Assembly (NCBI GenBank): GCA_035627655.1 | Contig: DASPLI010000001.1 | Coordinates: forward strand, 323,355 to 387,354 | Length of the DNA stretch: 64,000 nucleotides | Direction: 5' to 3' | From: Minisyncoccota bacterium | Lineage (GTDB): Bacteria > Patescibacteriota > Minisyncoccia > Phycocordibacterales > Phycocordibacteraceae | In this document: in pieces, positions 29,312 to 38,521 of the stretch | Layout: each line of letters begins with the position of its first letter | Position numbering within the stretch: position 1 is the stretch's first letter | Program-made: the position numbers and the translations under genes | The notes under the pieces: model-generated | What the model saw: the letters and a program-made list of their open reading frames with translations, nothing else | The model's database searches: none | What the model was told of the DNA's origin: nothing

Positions 29312-30784
29312 ATGAATCTCCTTAAAAACAGCTACGCGCTCGGTGTCCTGATGGTGATCGCAGAACTCCTCATCAACAACATTCTTCTCGCGGCGAGGCT
29401 CCCGCACATTTCCGGCATCATACTCGCGATTTTTGCTGGTTCTATATATTCCGCTTATCACAAGGAGAAAATGCCTTTCAAGGAGCGGGTAAAGACGCTT
29501 GCGACCTATCTTGTTCTGGCCGGAGTCGCGGGAATCTTTGCTGTGTTTACCGGCGTAGGCGCGTCTGCTCCGGGGCTAGCAATAGCAATCATGCTCGGTA
29601 TGTTGGTTCTCTACGCGATATTTATGTATTTCATGCTCGGCGTAGGTAGTTCCGGATACATGACTGCGTATGAGAAGCAGCAGGCCGCTATAGCCGCACA
29701 ACAGCCAGTTTCGGAACAGAACCCATTGACACCTATTCCAAACGCCAAGGAGTTTCAAAATAAGCATCCAAAAATTGCAATAATTCTTGCGCTTATAGGA
29801 TGTACGGCTTTGTTTGTTGGAGGTGTCTTTATCGTCATGGACCCGCTCTTTGAAGCCAACATAAGGTTTGTTATGGGTGGTTTATCAGCACTTATAGCGC
29901 TTACGATTGTCGGCGCTCTTTGGAGAGTTTTTGGAAAAAAGATTTGGACTGCTGTTGTAGGTACCGTTGTGCTAGCGCTCATTGTCTTAGGTGTGCATAT
30001 GCATATAGCGAACCTGCCCGCGCCCGCCGCCGGAGTAGATAAAATGATGATTGCATATCAAGAAGTAGCGTTGAGGTGTGTCGAAAAAGGAGCAGATTTG
30101 CGAGGAAAGCTTTCAGGCTGGAATCGAGGAATGCCACAAGTTGAGAGCGCAATTTGTTCCCAAGAGTCTAGCTGGAAAATGCTGCCTGCTGGTTGGAAAT
30201 ACATCAAAATCCTTGATGCAGACGTAAGCGACGGAACTTTCACTTTTGGAGCGCACAGCAGAGCAGGCGACTTTATTATCTGTGGCGAAAAATGGTGCGT
30301 ACACAGGGACGCAAAAGGAGAGGACACTATCCTCTCAACAGTACCCAGCCCTCTTTCTGCAACCATTACGCTTCCTGAAAGTAAAAGCGTGCATCAGGGT
30401 GAAGAAGTTGAAGTCGCACAGATGACCCTGATCAACTCTACCGACAAACCAGTTGACCTGCGCGCGTTCTGGTACAAGAAGAGCGGCACGGCATCTAACA
30501 GCGCGATAGAAATGGTGCATATCGTCGAAGGCGACAACACACGCGGCATGAACTTCATGCATTATCTCGGTCGCTCCACTAGCGACATGGTTTATTTCGA
30601 CGAGCCGGGCATGTTCAAGCTCGAACCCGGACAGAGCCGTACTTATAGCGTGCAGATTGAGCTGAATAGCAATATGCCTCTCGAAATCGGAAAGACTATC
30701 GGACTTGATTTTGTCGGCTTCTCGCATGACCCGCAAGTGGAGGGTATGCCTGCGTCGGGAGCGATTCATACTATTCAGCAATAA
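29312..30784 (+). CDS. Membrane protein: N-terminal polytopic domain paralogous to 18336..18746 plus a C-terminal extracytoplasmic domain
   Basis: 'MNLLKNSYALGVLMVIAELLINN...HKEKMPFKERVK...FMYFMLG', more TM helices, then about 230 aa soluble. Confidence 0.5.
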   Translation: MNLLKNSYALGVLMVIAELLINNILLAARLPHISGIILAIFAGSIYSAYHKEKMPFKERVKTLATYLVLAGVAGIFAVFTGVGASAPGLAIAIMLGMLVLYAIFMYFMLGVGSSGYMTAYEKQQAAIAAQQPVSEQNPLTPIPNAKEFQNKHPKIAIILALIGCTALFVGGVFIVMDPLFEANIRFVMGGLSALIALTIVGALWRVFGKKIWTAVVGTVVLALIVLGVHMHIANLPAPAAGVDKMMIAYQEVALRCVEKGADLRGKLSGWNRGMPQVESAICSQESSWKMLPAGWKYIKILDADVSDGTFTFGAHSRAGDFIICGEKWCVHRDAKGEDTILSTVPSPLSATITLPESKSVHQGEEVEVAQMTLINSTDKPVDLRAFWYKKSGTASNSAIEMVHIVEGDNTRGMNFMHYLGRSTSDMVYFDEPGMFKLEPGQSRTYSVQIELNSNMPLEIGKTIGLDFVGFSHDPQVEGMPASGAIHTIQQ

Positions 30785-30785
30785 C

Positions 30786-30807
30786 TGGTTCTATACCGGC
30801 CCGCCCC
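30786..30807. repeat. Degenerate copy of the tRNA-fMet 3' segment
   Basis: 'ggttctataccggcccgcccc'. Confidence 0.35.
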
Positions 30808-30916
30808 TAAATCGCCCGAAAGCTGATAAATCTCTTCAAAAGCTATCCAGACCGGTCCCCGTCGCCCGAACCCTTAAAGTCGTCTCTAAAGAACCCTTAG
30901 AACCTCTCGATTTCCA

Positions 30917-30950
30917 GGTTCAGTACCGGTGCGGGCAACACGATTGTGAT
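30917..30950. repeat. Degenerate copy of the tRNA-fMet 3' segment plus 14 nt of its downstream flank
   Basis: 'aggttcagtaccggtgcgggcaacacgattgtgat' versus 29166..29199 'ggttcgattccggcccccgcaacacgattgtgat'. Confidence 0.4.
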
Positions 30951-30953
30951 CCG

Positions 30954-31421
30954 ATGAAAGACTTCCTTGCTTTAGTTATCTTTGTCTTGATTTCGCAAGG
31001 AGCTGGTCTACTTGGTTCGTTTTTCACCGCCTCTGCTATTGATAGCTGGTACGCTTCGCTTGTGTTGCCAGCAGTTGCGCCACCCAATTGGGTATTTGGG
31101 CCAGTCTGGACCCTACTTTACCTATTTATGGGTATCGCTCTGTGGCTTGTCTGGCGCAAGCGCGCTGAGAAGAAAACCTACCTGGCATATAGCCTGTTTG
31201 GAATACAGCTTATTTTGAATACTCTGTGGTCTTATATATTCTTCGGTCTGCAGAACCCCGCTGCAGCGTTTATCGAGATTATCATTCTGTGGATAGCAAT
31301 CCTCGGTACCGTAGTCGTTTTTACAAAGGCTTCTCGCACAGCAGGAATACTCCTCGCCCCTTATTTGCTTTGGGTAACGTTTGCAGCCTATTTAAACTTG
31401 CAAATCTGGCAGCTTAACTAG
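30954..31421 (+). CDS. tspO: TspO/MBR family tryptophan-rich sensory protein
   Basis: 'WYASLVLPAVAPPNWVFGPVWTLLYLFMGIALW...LWSYIFFG...LAPYLLWVTFAAYLN' - five-TM TspO signature. Confidence 0.7.
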   Translation: MKDFLALVIFVLISQGAGLLGSFFTASAIDSWYASLVLPAVAPPNWVFGPVWTLLYLFMGIALWLVWRKRAEKKTYLAYSLFGIQLILNTLWSYIFFGLQNPAAAFIEIIILWIAILGTVVVFTKASRTAGILLAPYLLWVTFAAYLNLQIWQLN

Positions 31422-31529
31422 ATCTTTACAGGAGTAGTTTCTGCTTCATCTGTTCTTTCATTCTGTTTCGTTATTGTGTGTACGCACCGTCGGCAGTGCA
31501 CATTACCAGGTTCTAAGTCACACACCACC

Positions 31530-31700
31530 ATGGCGAACAAGAACAGGCGAGGCAACCAAAACGAAGGGGAAGATCGCAATGACCGTCGCGGACAAAACGA
31601 AGATGAAAACCGCGTAGACCGCGGTGGTCAGGGCGGCTCTGAGAATCGTGGAGGGGGTCAAGGCCGCAATACGCAAGGGATGAATGACGACACGTACTAA
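31530..31700 (+). CDS. Small hydrophilic Arg/Gly/Asn/Glu-rich low-complexity protein (56 aa)
   Basis: 'MANKNRRGNQNEGEDRNDRRGQNEDENRVDRGGQGGSENRGGGQGRN'. Convergent with a second 'MAN...' R/S/G-rich ORF across a shared terminator. Confidence 0.3.
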   Translation: MANKNRRGNQNEGEDRNDRRGQNEDENRVDRGGQGGSENRGGGQGRNTQGMNDDTY

Positions 31701-31762
31701 GGTACGAAGGCAGAGGACGGTTGTGTCTACGGACACAGCCGTTTTCTGTTAAGAGGATCGAT

Positions 31763-31787
31763 AAAAGCCCGCATTTGCGGGCTTTTA
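31763..31787. terminator. Bidirectional intrinsic terminator between convergent small ORFs
   Basis: AAAAGCCCGCatttGCGGGCTTTT, with A-tract on one side and T-tract on the other. Confidence 0.45.
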
Positions 31788-31799
31788 TCGATTCATGCG

Positions 31800-31925
31800 T
31801 TATCTGCTGCGTGAACCGCCGCGACCAGAGGATGAGCGTCCAGAGTTTGAGCGACTATTGCCACCCCCGCGTCGCGAGCGGCTGCGACCACCAGATGAGC
31901 GACCGCGGTTACCAGTGTTAGCCAT
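31800..31925 (-). CDS. Small Arg/Ser/Gly-rich peptide (41 aa; not in the ORF track, which is limited to ORFs of 60 aa or more)
   Basis: Minus-strand ATG at 31925: 'MANTGNRGRSSGGRSRSRRGGGNSRSNSGRSSSGRGGSRSR*'. Confidence 0.25.
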   Translation of the reverse strand: MANTGNRGRSSGGRSRSRRGGGNSRSNSGRSSSGRGGSRSR

Positions 31926-32021
31926 AGCGGAAATTACGGTTACCGTTGTTTGATAAGGACCCGCGCTGTGTAGTAGCGCACACTAACAATAGCGATATGC
32001 GTGAAAAGATTGGATGAAGGT

Positions 32022-32588
32022 TCAGCTCGTCTTTCTCTTTTGCTGGACTGGATCGGCAAGCGTTCGCTCCGAAAGAACAGAGTGAGTATCGCGCGTGGGA
32101 TCAACTGCTGATGCATATTTATCGACGCGTTTTCGAAGCAGCCACTGCCGCGTGCCGCGAAAGCGGAAGAGAGAAAATCCGCCGCGCAACTTCTTTCCGC
32201 GAAGAATAAAGGTGAGTCGCCCGTTCTTGAGACCTTTGCGCATTGCAGCCTCTCCGCCGCCTGTTTCATACGGACCCGTGTCCCAGACGATAACCTCTCC
32301 CGCTCCGTATTCTCCGTCGGGGATGCTGCCCTCAAAGTCCTTATAGGCAAAAGGGTGATCCTCTACCTGTACGGCAAGACGCTTTACTTCCGGGTCGAGC
32401 GAAGGACCCTTCGGAAGCGCCCAGCTCTTGAGCACACCGTCTATTTCCAGACGCAGGTCATAGTGCAGCTTTGAAGCAACATGCTTCTGCACAACGAAGG
32501 TGGGCGATGAATGTCGCTTTGGCGTACCTGCCTTCGGTTCTGGTGTTACTGCAAAATCCCGCTTCTTCTCATAGAGGGTCAGCGTCAT
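32022..32588 (-). CDS. Stand-alone DNA ligase D 3'-phosphoesterase (LigD-PE) domain protein
   Basis: '[33 protein letters not shown]...[31 protein letters not shown]' matches the LigD PE-domain core. Confidence 0.6.
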   Translation of the reverse strand: MTLTLYEKKRDFAVTPEPKAGTPKRHSSPTFVVQKHVASKLHYDLRLEIDGVLKSWALPKGPSLDPEVKRLAVQVEDHPFAYKDFEGSIPDGEYGAGEVIVWDTGPYETGGGEAAMRKGLKNGRLTFILRGKKLRGGFSLFRFRGTRQWLLRKRVDKYASAVDPTRDTHSVLSERTLADPVQQKRKTS

Positions 32589-32590
32589 GG

Positions 32591-33049
32591 TTATTCTGTT
32601 GCGCCGCGAGACGCTTTGAATTCCATCATCTGCTCAGCCATTTCCTCGAGTGTGTCGTCTTCGAGTTTCTTCTTTGCTTTCGGCAGGAGGTCATGCTCCT
32701 CCTCTTTGACGTGGTGCTCAATATTCTCTTTGAGTACTTTTACTTTCGCATCAAACTGCGGGTCTTCTGGCTCGAGCGTTTTTAGCTCTGCGATGATGGA
32801 CTTTGCAACATCGTGTTCGGCGGTTGCCTCCTCAACGAGAGATTCGTCTTCGTCCGCAAGCGCCTCTTTGAAGCGTGGATAGCAGTAGAGCTCCTCCATC
32901 TCTGCATGCGTTTCAAGCTCGCTAATAATGGTATCTGCGATCATGCGTTTCTGGGTGTGCGCTGTCTCCCCAAGCTCTTCGTACTCCTTGAAGAGCTCCT
33001 CAACCTTACGGTGATCGTGCTTGATGATATCGATAGCGTCTTTTGCCAT
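32591..33049 (-). CDS. Hemerythrin-like (HHE cation-binding) domain protein
   Basis: '[12 protein letters not shown]', 'HAEMEE', '[13 protein letters not shown]' His/Glu ligand pattern. Confidence 0.6.
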   Translation of the reverse strand: MAKDAIDIIKHDHRKVEELFKEYEELGETAHTQKRMIADTIISELETHAEMEELYCYPRFKEALADEDESLVEEATAEHDVAKSIIAELKTLEPEDPQFDAKVKVLKENIEHHVKEEEHDLLPKAKKKLEDDTLEEMAEQMMEFKASRGATE

Positions 33050-33167
33050 AGGGCTAATGCTTAACGAGTAAGCTAGATAGGCACAATGCCAGCTGCGCAG
33101 TGAACGAGCGGTGAATGAAGTACTCTATGAAGTAATGAAGTTTCTTCATCCTCGTCGTAGGGGATAT

Positions 33168-33887
33168 ATGTCTCACACATTCTTCACGCGCGGTGCAGTG
33201 CTCATGATGTTGGTTAGCTGCATGGCAACATCGCTTCCGATAGCTGCTCAGGCGCAGTCTCGCTTCGACTGGGAGCACTATATAGAAATGTATGCAGCAC
33301 GGGATACGGATGATGAGGACGAGGATGATGATCGTTCCAGTCGCCGTCGCGGCATCTCTTCTTCTGTGCAGCGAAAGATAAATCAGCTCGGTGATGACGC
33401 GGTTGAGAATCTGCCAATCCCAATTCTCTTGGGAGTCACGCGAAATTCGCTCACACGAAACTTCGGTGATCCGCGAGATGGCGGTTCGCGCTCTCACGAG
33501 GGACTCGACATTATGGCCTCTCGAGGCGCCTATATCGTCTCTCCAACGGACGCAGTCGTCATTCGAACAGGGAAGAGTTCTTCTGCGGGAACCTACGTCT
33601 ATACAGCAAACCCGGGAGACGAGACCTTCGTCTACATGCACCTTGATGATATTGCCGACGGGATCAAGGTGGGTACCGTCCTCAAGCCGGGCGATCTAAT
33701 TGGCTATGTGGGCAATACTGGAAATGCAGCGGGCGGACCGCCGCATCTCCACTTTGAGATCCGCGACGGCAGGCGCGCCGAGGATCCGTACCCGCGCCTT
33801 ACCGGATCTTTCGCGAACAAAGACCTCATCCGTTCGCTAACAGCAATCGTCAAACTCCTGCAGGAGGAGCTTAAGGATGCGCGCTAA
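33168..33887 (+). CDS. Secreted M23 (LytM-type) peptidoglycan endopeptidase
   Basis: Signal peptide; 'HEGLDI', 'GYVGNTGNAAGGPPHLHFEI' M23 zinc ligands. Confidence 0.75.
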   Translation: MSHTFFTRGAVLMMLVSCMATSLPIAAQAQSRFDWEHYIEMYAARDTDDEDEDDDRSSRRRGISSSVQRKINQLGDDAVENLPIPILLGVTRNSLTRNFGDPRDGGSRSHEGLDIMASRGAYIVSPTDAVVIRTGKSSSAGTYVYTANPGDETFVYMHLDDIADGIKVGTVLKPGDLIGYVGNTGNAAGGPPHLHFEIRDGRRAEDPYPRLTGSFANKDLIRSLTAIVKLLQEELKDAR

Positions 33888-34602
33888 ACCACTTCCGGGC
33901 GCTCTCAATCTCTCGGATTGAGCGGTTGCGGTGAATCAATTCGTCATTGCGGACAGATTCAAAAAACTCGTACTGGCTGCGCACGTCACGGCCGTAAAAC
34001 GAAAGGAAGTCTGATACACAGGGCTTTCGCTTGAGTGCCTCCTCGTTTTCTTTGAGAAAGCGTTCATATTGCGCATAGGCATGCTTTTCAAAGACGTAGT
34101 TGAGCTCAAGGGAGGCTCGGTGCGAGACGATGTAGAGGAGGTAGATGAGCCAGAAGTACACCAAGGCAAAAAGAAGCGGGATAAGCGTATGGCGGAAGAA
34201 CCCCGTTTGCTTTTCCTGCTTGGCAAGATGCGAGATGACCACCACATGCATTGTTTCGTTGTCTTGCGCGGCGCGGCTAAAAGCGGCCATGCGGGTGAGT
34301 TTCATGGCGTGCGCCTCGTTTCCATGGAAGGCGGAGAGGAGGGTGTATGCGGCCACCTCCCACGACTGATACGGAATGCGCGCGATGACTTCAATCGCTT
34401 TAAACTTGCCGTAGCTCGGGCGGAACCCGTATACGAGGTTGCCGAAGGTAACTAAAACGTAGCCAAGAATGAGCGGAACGATGCCGGGGCGGTAGTTATC
34501 GTACGGACGGGCGTAATCGTGACGGAGAAGGGGGTCATTGAGTTCCCGAACCAGGTCCTCATGGCTCGCAAAATCCTCGTTCATTAGCACCAACTGTAAC
34601 AC
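33871..34602 (-). CDS. Alternative-oxidase (AOX/PTOX)-like di-iron carboxylate protein
   Basis: Four E..(H) motifs in the AOX order: 'KAIEVIARIP' (LETVA), 'HGNEAHAMKL' (NERMHL), 'VFEKHAYAQYE' (LEEEA), 'RNDELIHRN' (RADE.HH). Confidence 0.5.
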   Translation of the reverse strand: MLQLVLMNEDFASHEDLVRELNDPLLRHDYARPYDNYRPGIVPLILGYVLVTFGNLVYGFRPSYGKFKAIEVIARIPYQSWEVAAYTLLSAFHGNEAHAMKLTRMAAFSRAAQDNETMHVVVISHLAKQEKQTGFFRHTLIPLLFALVYFWLIYLLYIVSHRASLELNYVFEKHAYAQYERFLKENEEALKRKPCVSDFLSFYGRDVRSQYEFFESVRNDELIHRNRSIREIESARKWFSAHP

Positions 34603-34649
34603 GCTATACGTTGAAGGAATGGGCCGGAAATAGTAAGGTGCAAGGTACT

Positions 34650-34723
34650 GCTGGTGTAGCTCAGGTAGTTAGAGCATGGGACTCATAAACCCAAGGTCGG
34701 AGGTGCAAGTCCTCCCACCAGCA
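34650..34723 (+). tRNA. tRNA-Met (CAT; elongator or tRNA-Ile2 precursor)
   Basis: Acceptor GCTGGTG/CACCAGC, anticodon loop CTCATAA. Confidence 0.8.
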
Positions 34724-34768
34724 CTAAGGCTTGCCGGGGAGGGCAAAAACCGCTAGAGTCTCAAGGTT

Positions 34769-34842
34769 GCGGTCGTAGCTCAACTGGTTAGAGCACCCGC
34801 CTGTCACGCGGGAGGTTGCGGGTTCAAGTCCCGTCGACCGCG
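34769..34842 (+). tRNA. tRNA-Asp (GTC)
   Basis: Acceptor GCGGTCG/CGACCGC, anticodon loop CTGTCAC, T-loop TTCAAGT. Confidence 0.8.
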
Positions 34843-36465
34843 CATCAAGACGGAAGGACGCCGAAAGGCGTCTTTCGTCGTTTGGGTACGCGGTGTTTCT
34901 GGTTCAAGTGCCTCAAAAACGGGCGATGTAGGAATCTTCAGTTCTTGGATAGGAAGAAACCAAGGCATGGCTTGAATGCTGAATTCTTTGCCGATCATCG
35001 TGCAGTTCAAGTCAGCAAGGCCGAGAAGGATCTCGCGCCGTGTTTTTGCATCTCCGCGCATGAAGGCTGCCCGGGCGTAGGTAGCAAACTCGAAGGTCTT
35101 GCGGGTCAGCTCCAGCCACTCAGGGTTCTCCTCACGATGCTTGGCGATGCGCTCGCTTAGGCGACCCATCTCGCCCTTGATGCGGTTCTTCTGCTGCAGG
35201 AAGTCATTGTCGTCTATGACACCGCGGCTGTAGCCTTCAAGCAGGCGGTCCAGCTTGTCTTGGTTCGCGTCGTAGGCCTTCTGCAGGCTCTCTATCGCGC
35301 GCTTCTTATCCAGGTTCGCTTCGTCAGCTTTTTCCTCGATGATGTCGAGAGCCCAGTCCAAGAACTCGGGCGGAATCGTTAGGCGTTCAAGCTCCTTGTC
35401 GATAGCTTCCTCAATAAGGTCCACGTTCAAGGCACGAGTAACCGAACCCTTCTCCTTAGCCTTGCGGCAGTGCTCGCAGAAGTAGAGAACGTAGCGGCGT
35501 ATACTCCCGTCCTTGAGCTTCTTTTTTTGGTTCGTAGCTATGACACCGTGTCCACGCTCGCACTTGATGACCCCAGTGTAGGCATATTGGTTTATTTGTA
35601 CGCGAGGCTTGCCACGCTTTCCGAGAATGACTTGTGCGCGGTCAAACTCCTCGAGGGTGATCATGGGTACATGCTTGCCCTGATATAGCTCTCCACCGTA
35701 CTCGAACCATCCTGCATAGAAGATATTCGTGAAGATGCGGTAGATGCTGCTGCGGGTAAGGGGCTTGCCACCCGTGAGAGCGGTCTTTCGTGTGAGAAAG
35801 CCGCGTTCGTGTGTCAGCCAGTTAAGGATCTGGATGGGCGTAAGATTCCCGGTCAAGAGCTTGTTCCAAGCCTCCTTGATGTCATCAAAGCGTTCCGGGT
35901 CCTGCTCATTCGTATTCTCGCCACGGTTCCGGGTTTTCGTGTTGATGTAGCCATGAGGGCAGCTGCCAGGACGCCATCCTTTCTCAAGCTTGCTCTTGAG
36001 CCCGCGTTTTACGTTCGGCCCAAGGTCTCGGCTCGACTGATTTGCTATACCGAACTCAAGGAAGGATATGAGCGCGTTGTCTTCTGGAAGAAACTCACGC
36101 TCGAAGGTGCGGATGTGTTTGATTTCTCCGCGTTGTAGCATTCCAAGAATCATCCCTGCTTCGTCTGGGTTGCGAGCGAGACGGTCTAGCTTCCAGGTGA
36201 TGATGCCTTGAGCTTCACCCTTCTTGATGCGGCGGATCATATCGTTGAAGGCTTCGCGCTTAAAGGGAACAAATGCTGAGCGCGATTCGGTAATGATTTC
36301 TTTCATGCGGAGGCCGTACTGCTTGGCCATGCCTTCAAGCACCGTCGTCTGGTCCTCTATTGACTGAACCTGACGCTCCTTAGATTCAGAGGATTTGCGG
36401 GCATAGCCGAAGTAAACGATGTCTTGCTTTGATGTCATGTTGGTGAGTAAGTGAATAAAGTGCAC
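34804..36465 (-). CDS. Large serine recombinase (phage-integrase type); 3' end overlaps tRNA-Asp
   Basis: N-terminal resolvase domain 'VYFGYARKSSESKERQVQSIEDQ' (catalytic Ser) and 'ITWKLDRLARNPDEAG'; recombinase domain and coiled-coil/zinc-ribbon C-terminus. Confidence 0.85.
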   Translation of the reverse strand: MHFIHLLTNMTSKQDIVYFGYARKSSESKERQVQSIEDQTTVLEGMAKQYGLRMKEIITESRSAFVPFKREAFNDMIRRIKKGEAQGIITWKLDRLARNPDEAGMILGMLQRGEIKHIRTFEREFLPEDNALISFLEFGIANQSSRDLGPNVKRGLKSKLEKGWRPGSCPHGYINTKTRNRGENTNEQDPERFDDIKEAWNKLLTGNLTPIQILNWLTHERGFLTRKTALTGGKPLTRSSIYRIFTNIFYAGWFEYGGELYQGKHVPMITLEEFDRAQVILGKRGKPRVQINQYAYTGVIKCERGHGVIATNQKKKLKDGSIRRYVLYFCEHCRKAKEKGSVTRALNVDLIEEAIDKELERLTIPPEFLDWALDIIEEKADEANLDKKRAIESLQKAYDANQDKLDRLLEGYSRGVIDDNDFLQQKNRIKGEMGRLSERIAKHREENPEWLELTRKTFEFATYARAAFMRGDAKTRREILLGLADLNCTMIGKEFSIQAMPWFLPIQELKIPTSPVFEALEPETPRTQTTKDAFRRPSVLMRGRRDLNPQPPA

Positions 36466-36672
36466 TTATCCCTGGGTCGAGTTGTCGCGTAGCGAAGCGG
36501 AGCGTGCGCGTAGTCGCGCCAAATCTTCCTTGCAAAGAGGTTGGTAGACCAACTCCATAAGGCGATGGAACCGATGAGCGTGTTGCGTTGCCTGTTCGTC
36601 GTTGAGCGTGTGTCCGAAGCGTTGTTCGTAGATGCGCTGAAATGCACTAACGCGCTCCTCCGACAGCCGCAT
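36466..36672 (-). CDS. Small protein translationally coupled upstream of the recombinase (possible recombination directionality/regulatory factor)
   Basis: 68 aa; its stop abuts the recombinase ATG; no recognised motif. Confidence 0.3.
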   Translation of the reverse strand: MRLSEERVSAFQRIYEQRFGHTLNDEQATQHAHRFHRLMELVYQPLCKEDLARLRARSASLRDNSTQG

Positions 36673-37756
36673 GACGGGTGTGGCGGTGCGTCGTGGCGTG
36701 GCAGGTGGTCATAGTCATGGCCAAAGGGAGAAATGAATAAAGCCGCTACGTTTCCAGCGGCTCGTCGGGGCGGAATGGGGCGAAGTTGCGCGTTTCGGTG
36801 CCGATACCATAGCATGCAGGCTCGAAAAGCAAAAGAACGGCCCGAGCGTATCGACGCTTACCGTTCTTACGATCACGTTCTGTATTCGTTATCTGTTATT
36901 CGTATTCGATATGACTTGTTCTTAAGTATGTGTTTGTGTTCTGTTTTTTGCACACGTGTACTCAGCCCGCTAGGCGGGCTGAGGCTGCATAAGGATTTTC
37001 TTGCTGAGTTCTCCAGGGCTTAATACTTGGCCAAGAAAGATATGGCCGAGAAGGTATTGCCGCGCCCAACGCTCAGGTTCCGGAAAGCCATTACTTAGGC
37101 GGCTGTCCTTTGTCTCACGGAGGTGGGTTGTTTCCAACCCATGTATCCCGCTCGCTTTGGCAATGTGTCAGCACGGTGAGCCGGTTATGCTTGACTGCGA
37201 GGGGCTCTTTTTGCGCAGATGGCCTGAGTTAGCCTGCCATCTGAACCTACGTCCTTATGCACACTAGGGCTGGCGGACCTGTAGGGGGAACCGTGAGTCC
37301 AGCTGATGTGCCGTTCGGCGAACCGAACTAGGGATACCTTACCTGAGTCCCCCCATGCAGCGTTCGAGATCGCCGTGCGGATATGCGTGAGAAGTAAGTT
37401 CGTTCCGCTTAGGCGAGGCCTAGCCTCTAAGTGAAAGAGACACATTGTCCCCCTCTACTAGCGCCGGTAGGGGTAGTCTACATTTTTGACCGACCTCTCC
37501 CGCAGGTTTTGTCCTGAGAGAACTTCAGGCCTATACTTATCCTGTTCGACAACTGAATAGATGGCCCGTAAGGGCCAGGACCTAACCCGCCGGTCTCGGC
37601 CGTCGGTATGGTTCGAAAAGTCTCGCAAAAGCACAGCAGGCCCGTCATGCGGTTGTCTTTTGCGAGCCATGTCCGAAAGGGCATGTCGGCTTTGCCGAGA
37701 CCCGTGGCGGGCCTTCTGTGCGCTCGTCATGGGAATTACTCGCTCACGAGAATCCT

Positions 37757-38023
37757 ATGGCCACGACACTTCGCAAGTCACTTCTAGTTGGTGCTGCTCT
37801 CATTTTCTTACTCGGTGCTGTTTCGACCTGGGCCTACATGAGTGCGCCGGTGTTCGTTCAATTTGGCGAGGCACACTTTTTAGCTGGCGGGCAATGGTAT
37901 ACGCGCACTCAGGGCGAGGGCTATGCCGACTATGCCGCAACCAAGCAAAGTCTCTGGGAAGCCGTGGCTGGCGATCCGAACCCCTTGCACTGGATCCCTA
38001 TTAGCTTCGATTCGGTCGAGTAG
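37757..38023 (+). CDS. Small secreted/TM protein
   Basis: 'MATTLRKSLLVGAALIFLLGAVSTWAYM' signal/anchor. Confidence 0.3.
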   Translation: MATTLRKSLLVGAALIFLLGAVSTWAYMSAPVFVQFGEAHFLAGGQWYTRTQGEGYADYAATKQSLWEAVAGDPNPLHWIPISFDSVE

Positions 38024-38026
38024 CGT

Positions 38027-38521
38027 ATGGGACTGCTCATTGTTATCGGTCTCGTAGTGGCCGTGTTCGCGTGGATCGCGTTCGTAAAGACTGAACCGGC
38101 GCGCGCGGCGGCACGGGCGCGTCGGGATGCAGGACAGCAGCGCCAAGACGAGCTCCTTTCTCAAGCGGAGTATTTGATAGCTAGAGGGAAGGAACGGGCA
38201 ATGGAAGCATACGAGCAGCTGGCGCGGGATATACGAGCCATGCCCAAGTACGCCGTATGGAGGGAGGACGTTCTGCTCAAGCACGGCAGACGCTGCTCGA
38301 TATGCGGCTCCACTGAAAACATCGAGGTAGACCACAGGCACTCCCTGTACTCTCTCGTGCGGATCTATGGCATCACCAACCTTGACGAAGCGTATGCTTG
38401 CGACGCTCTCTGGGAGGTGGGGAATGGCAACCCGCTGTGCAGGCCCTGCCACGACAAGACGGCGCCAAGCGCATACCGCAGGAAGAAAGCCGCGCAAGGC
38501 GCGGCTGTTCCTCAAGCATGA
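38027..38521 (+). CDS. Membrane-anchored HNH endonuclease domain protein
   Basis: N-terminal TM, then 'CSICGSTENIEVDHRHSL...NGNPLCRPCHDKT' HNH/zinc-finger motif. Confidence 0.55.
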   Translation: MGLLIVIGLVVAVFAWIAFVKTEPARAAARARRDAGQQRQDELLSQAEYLIARGKERAMEAYEQLARDIRAMPKYAVWREDVLLKHGRRCSICGSTENIEVDHRHSLYSLVRIYGITNLDEAYACDALWEVGNGNPLCRPCHDKTAPSAYRRKKAAQGAAVPQA

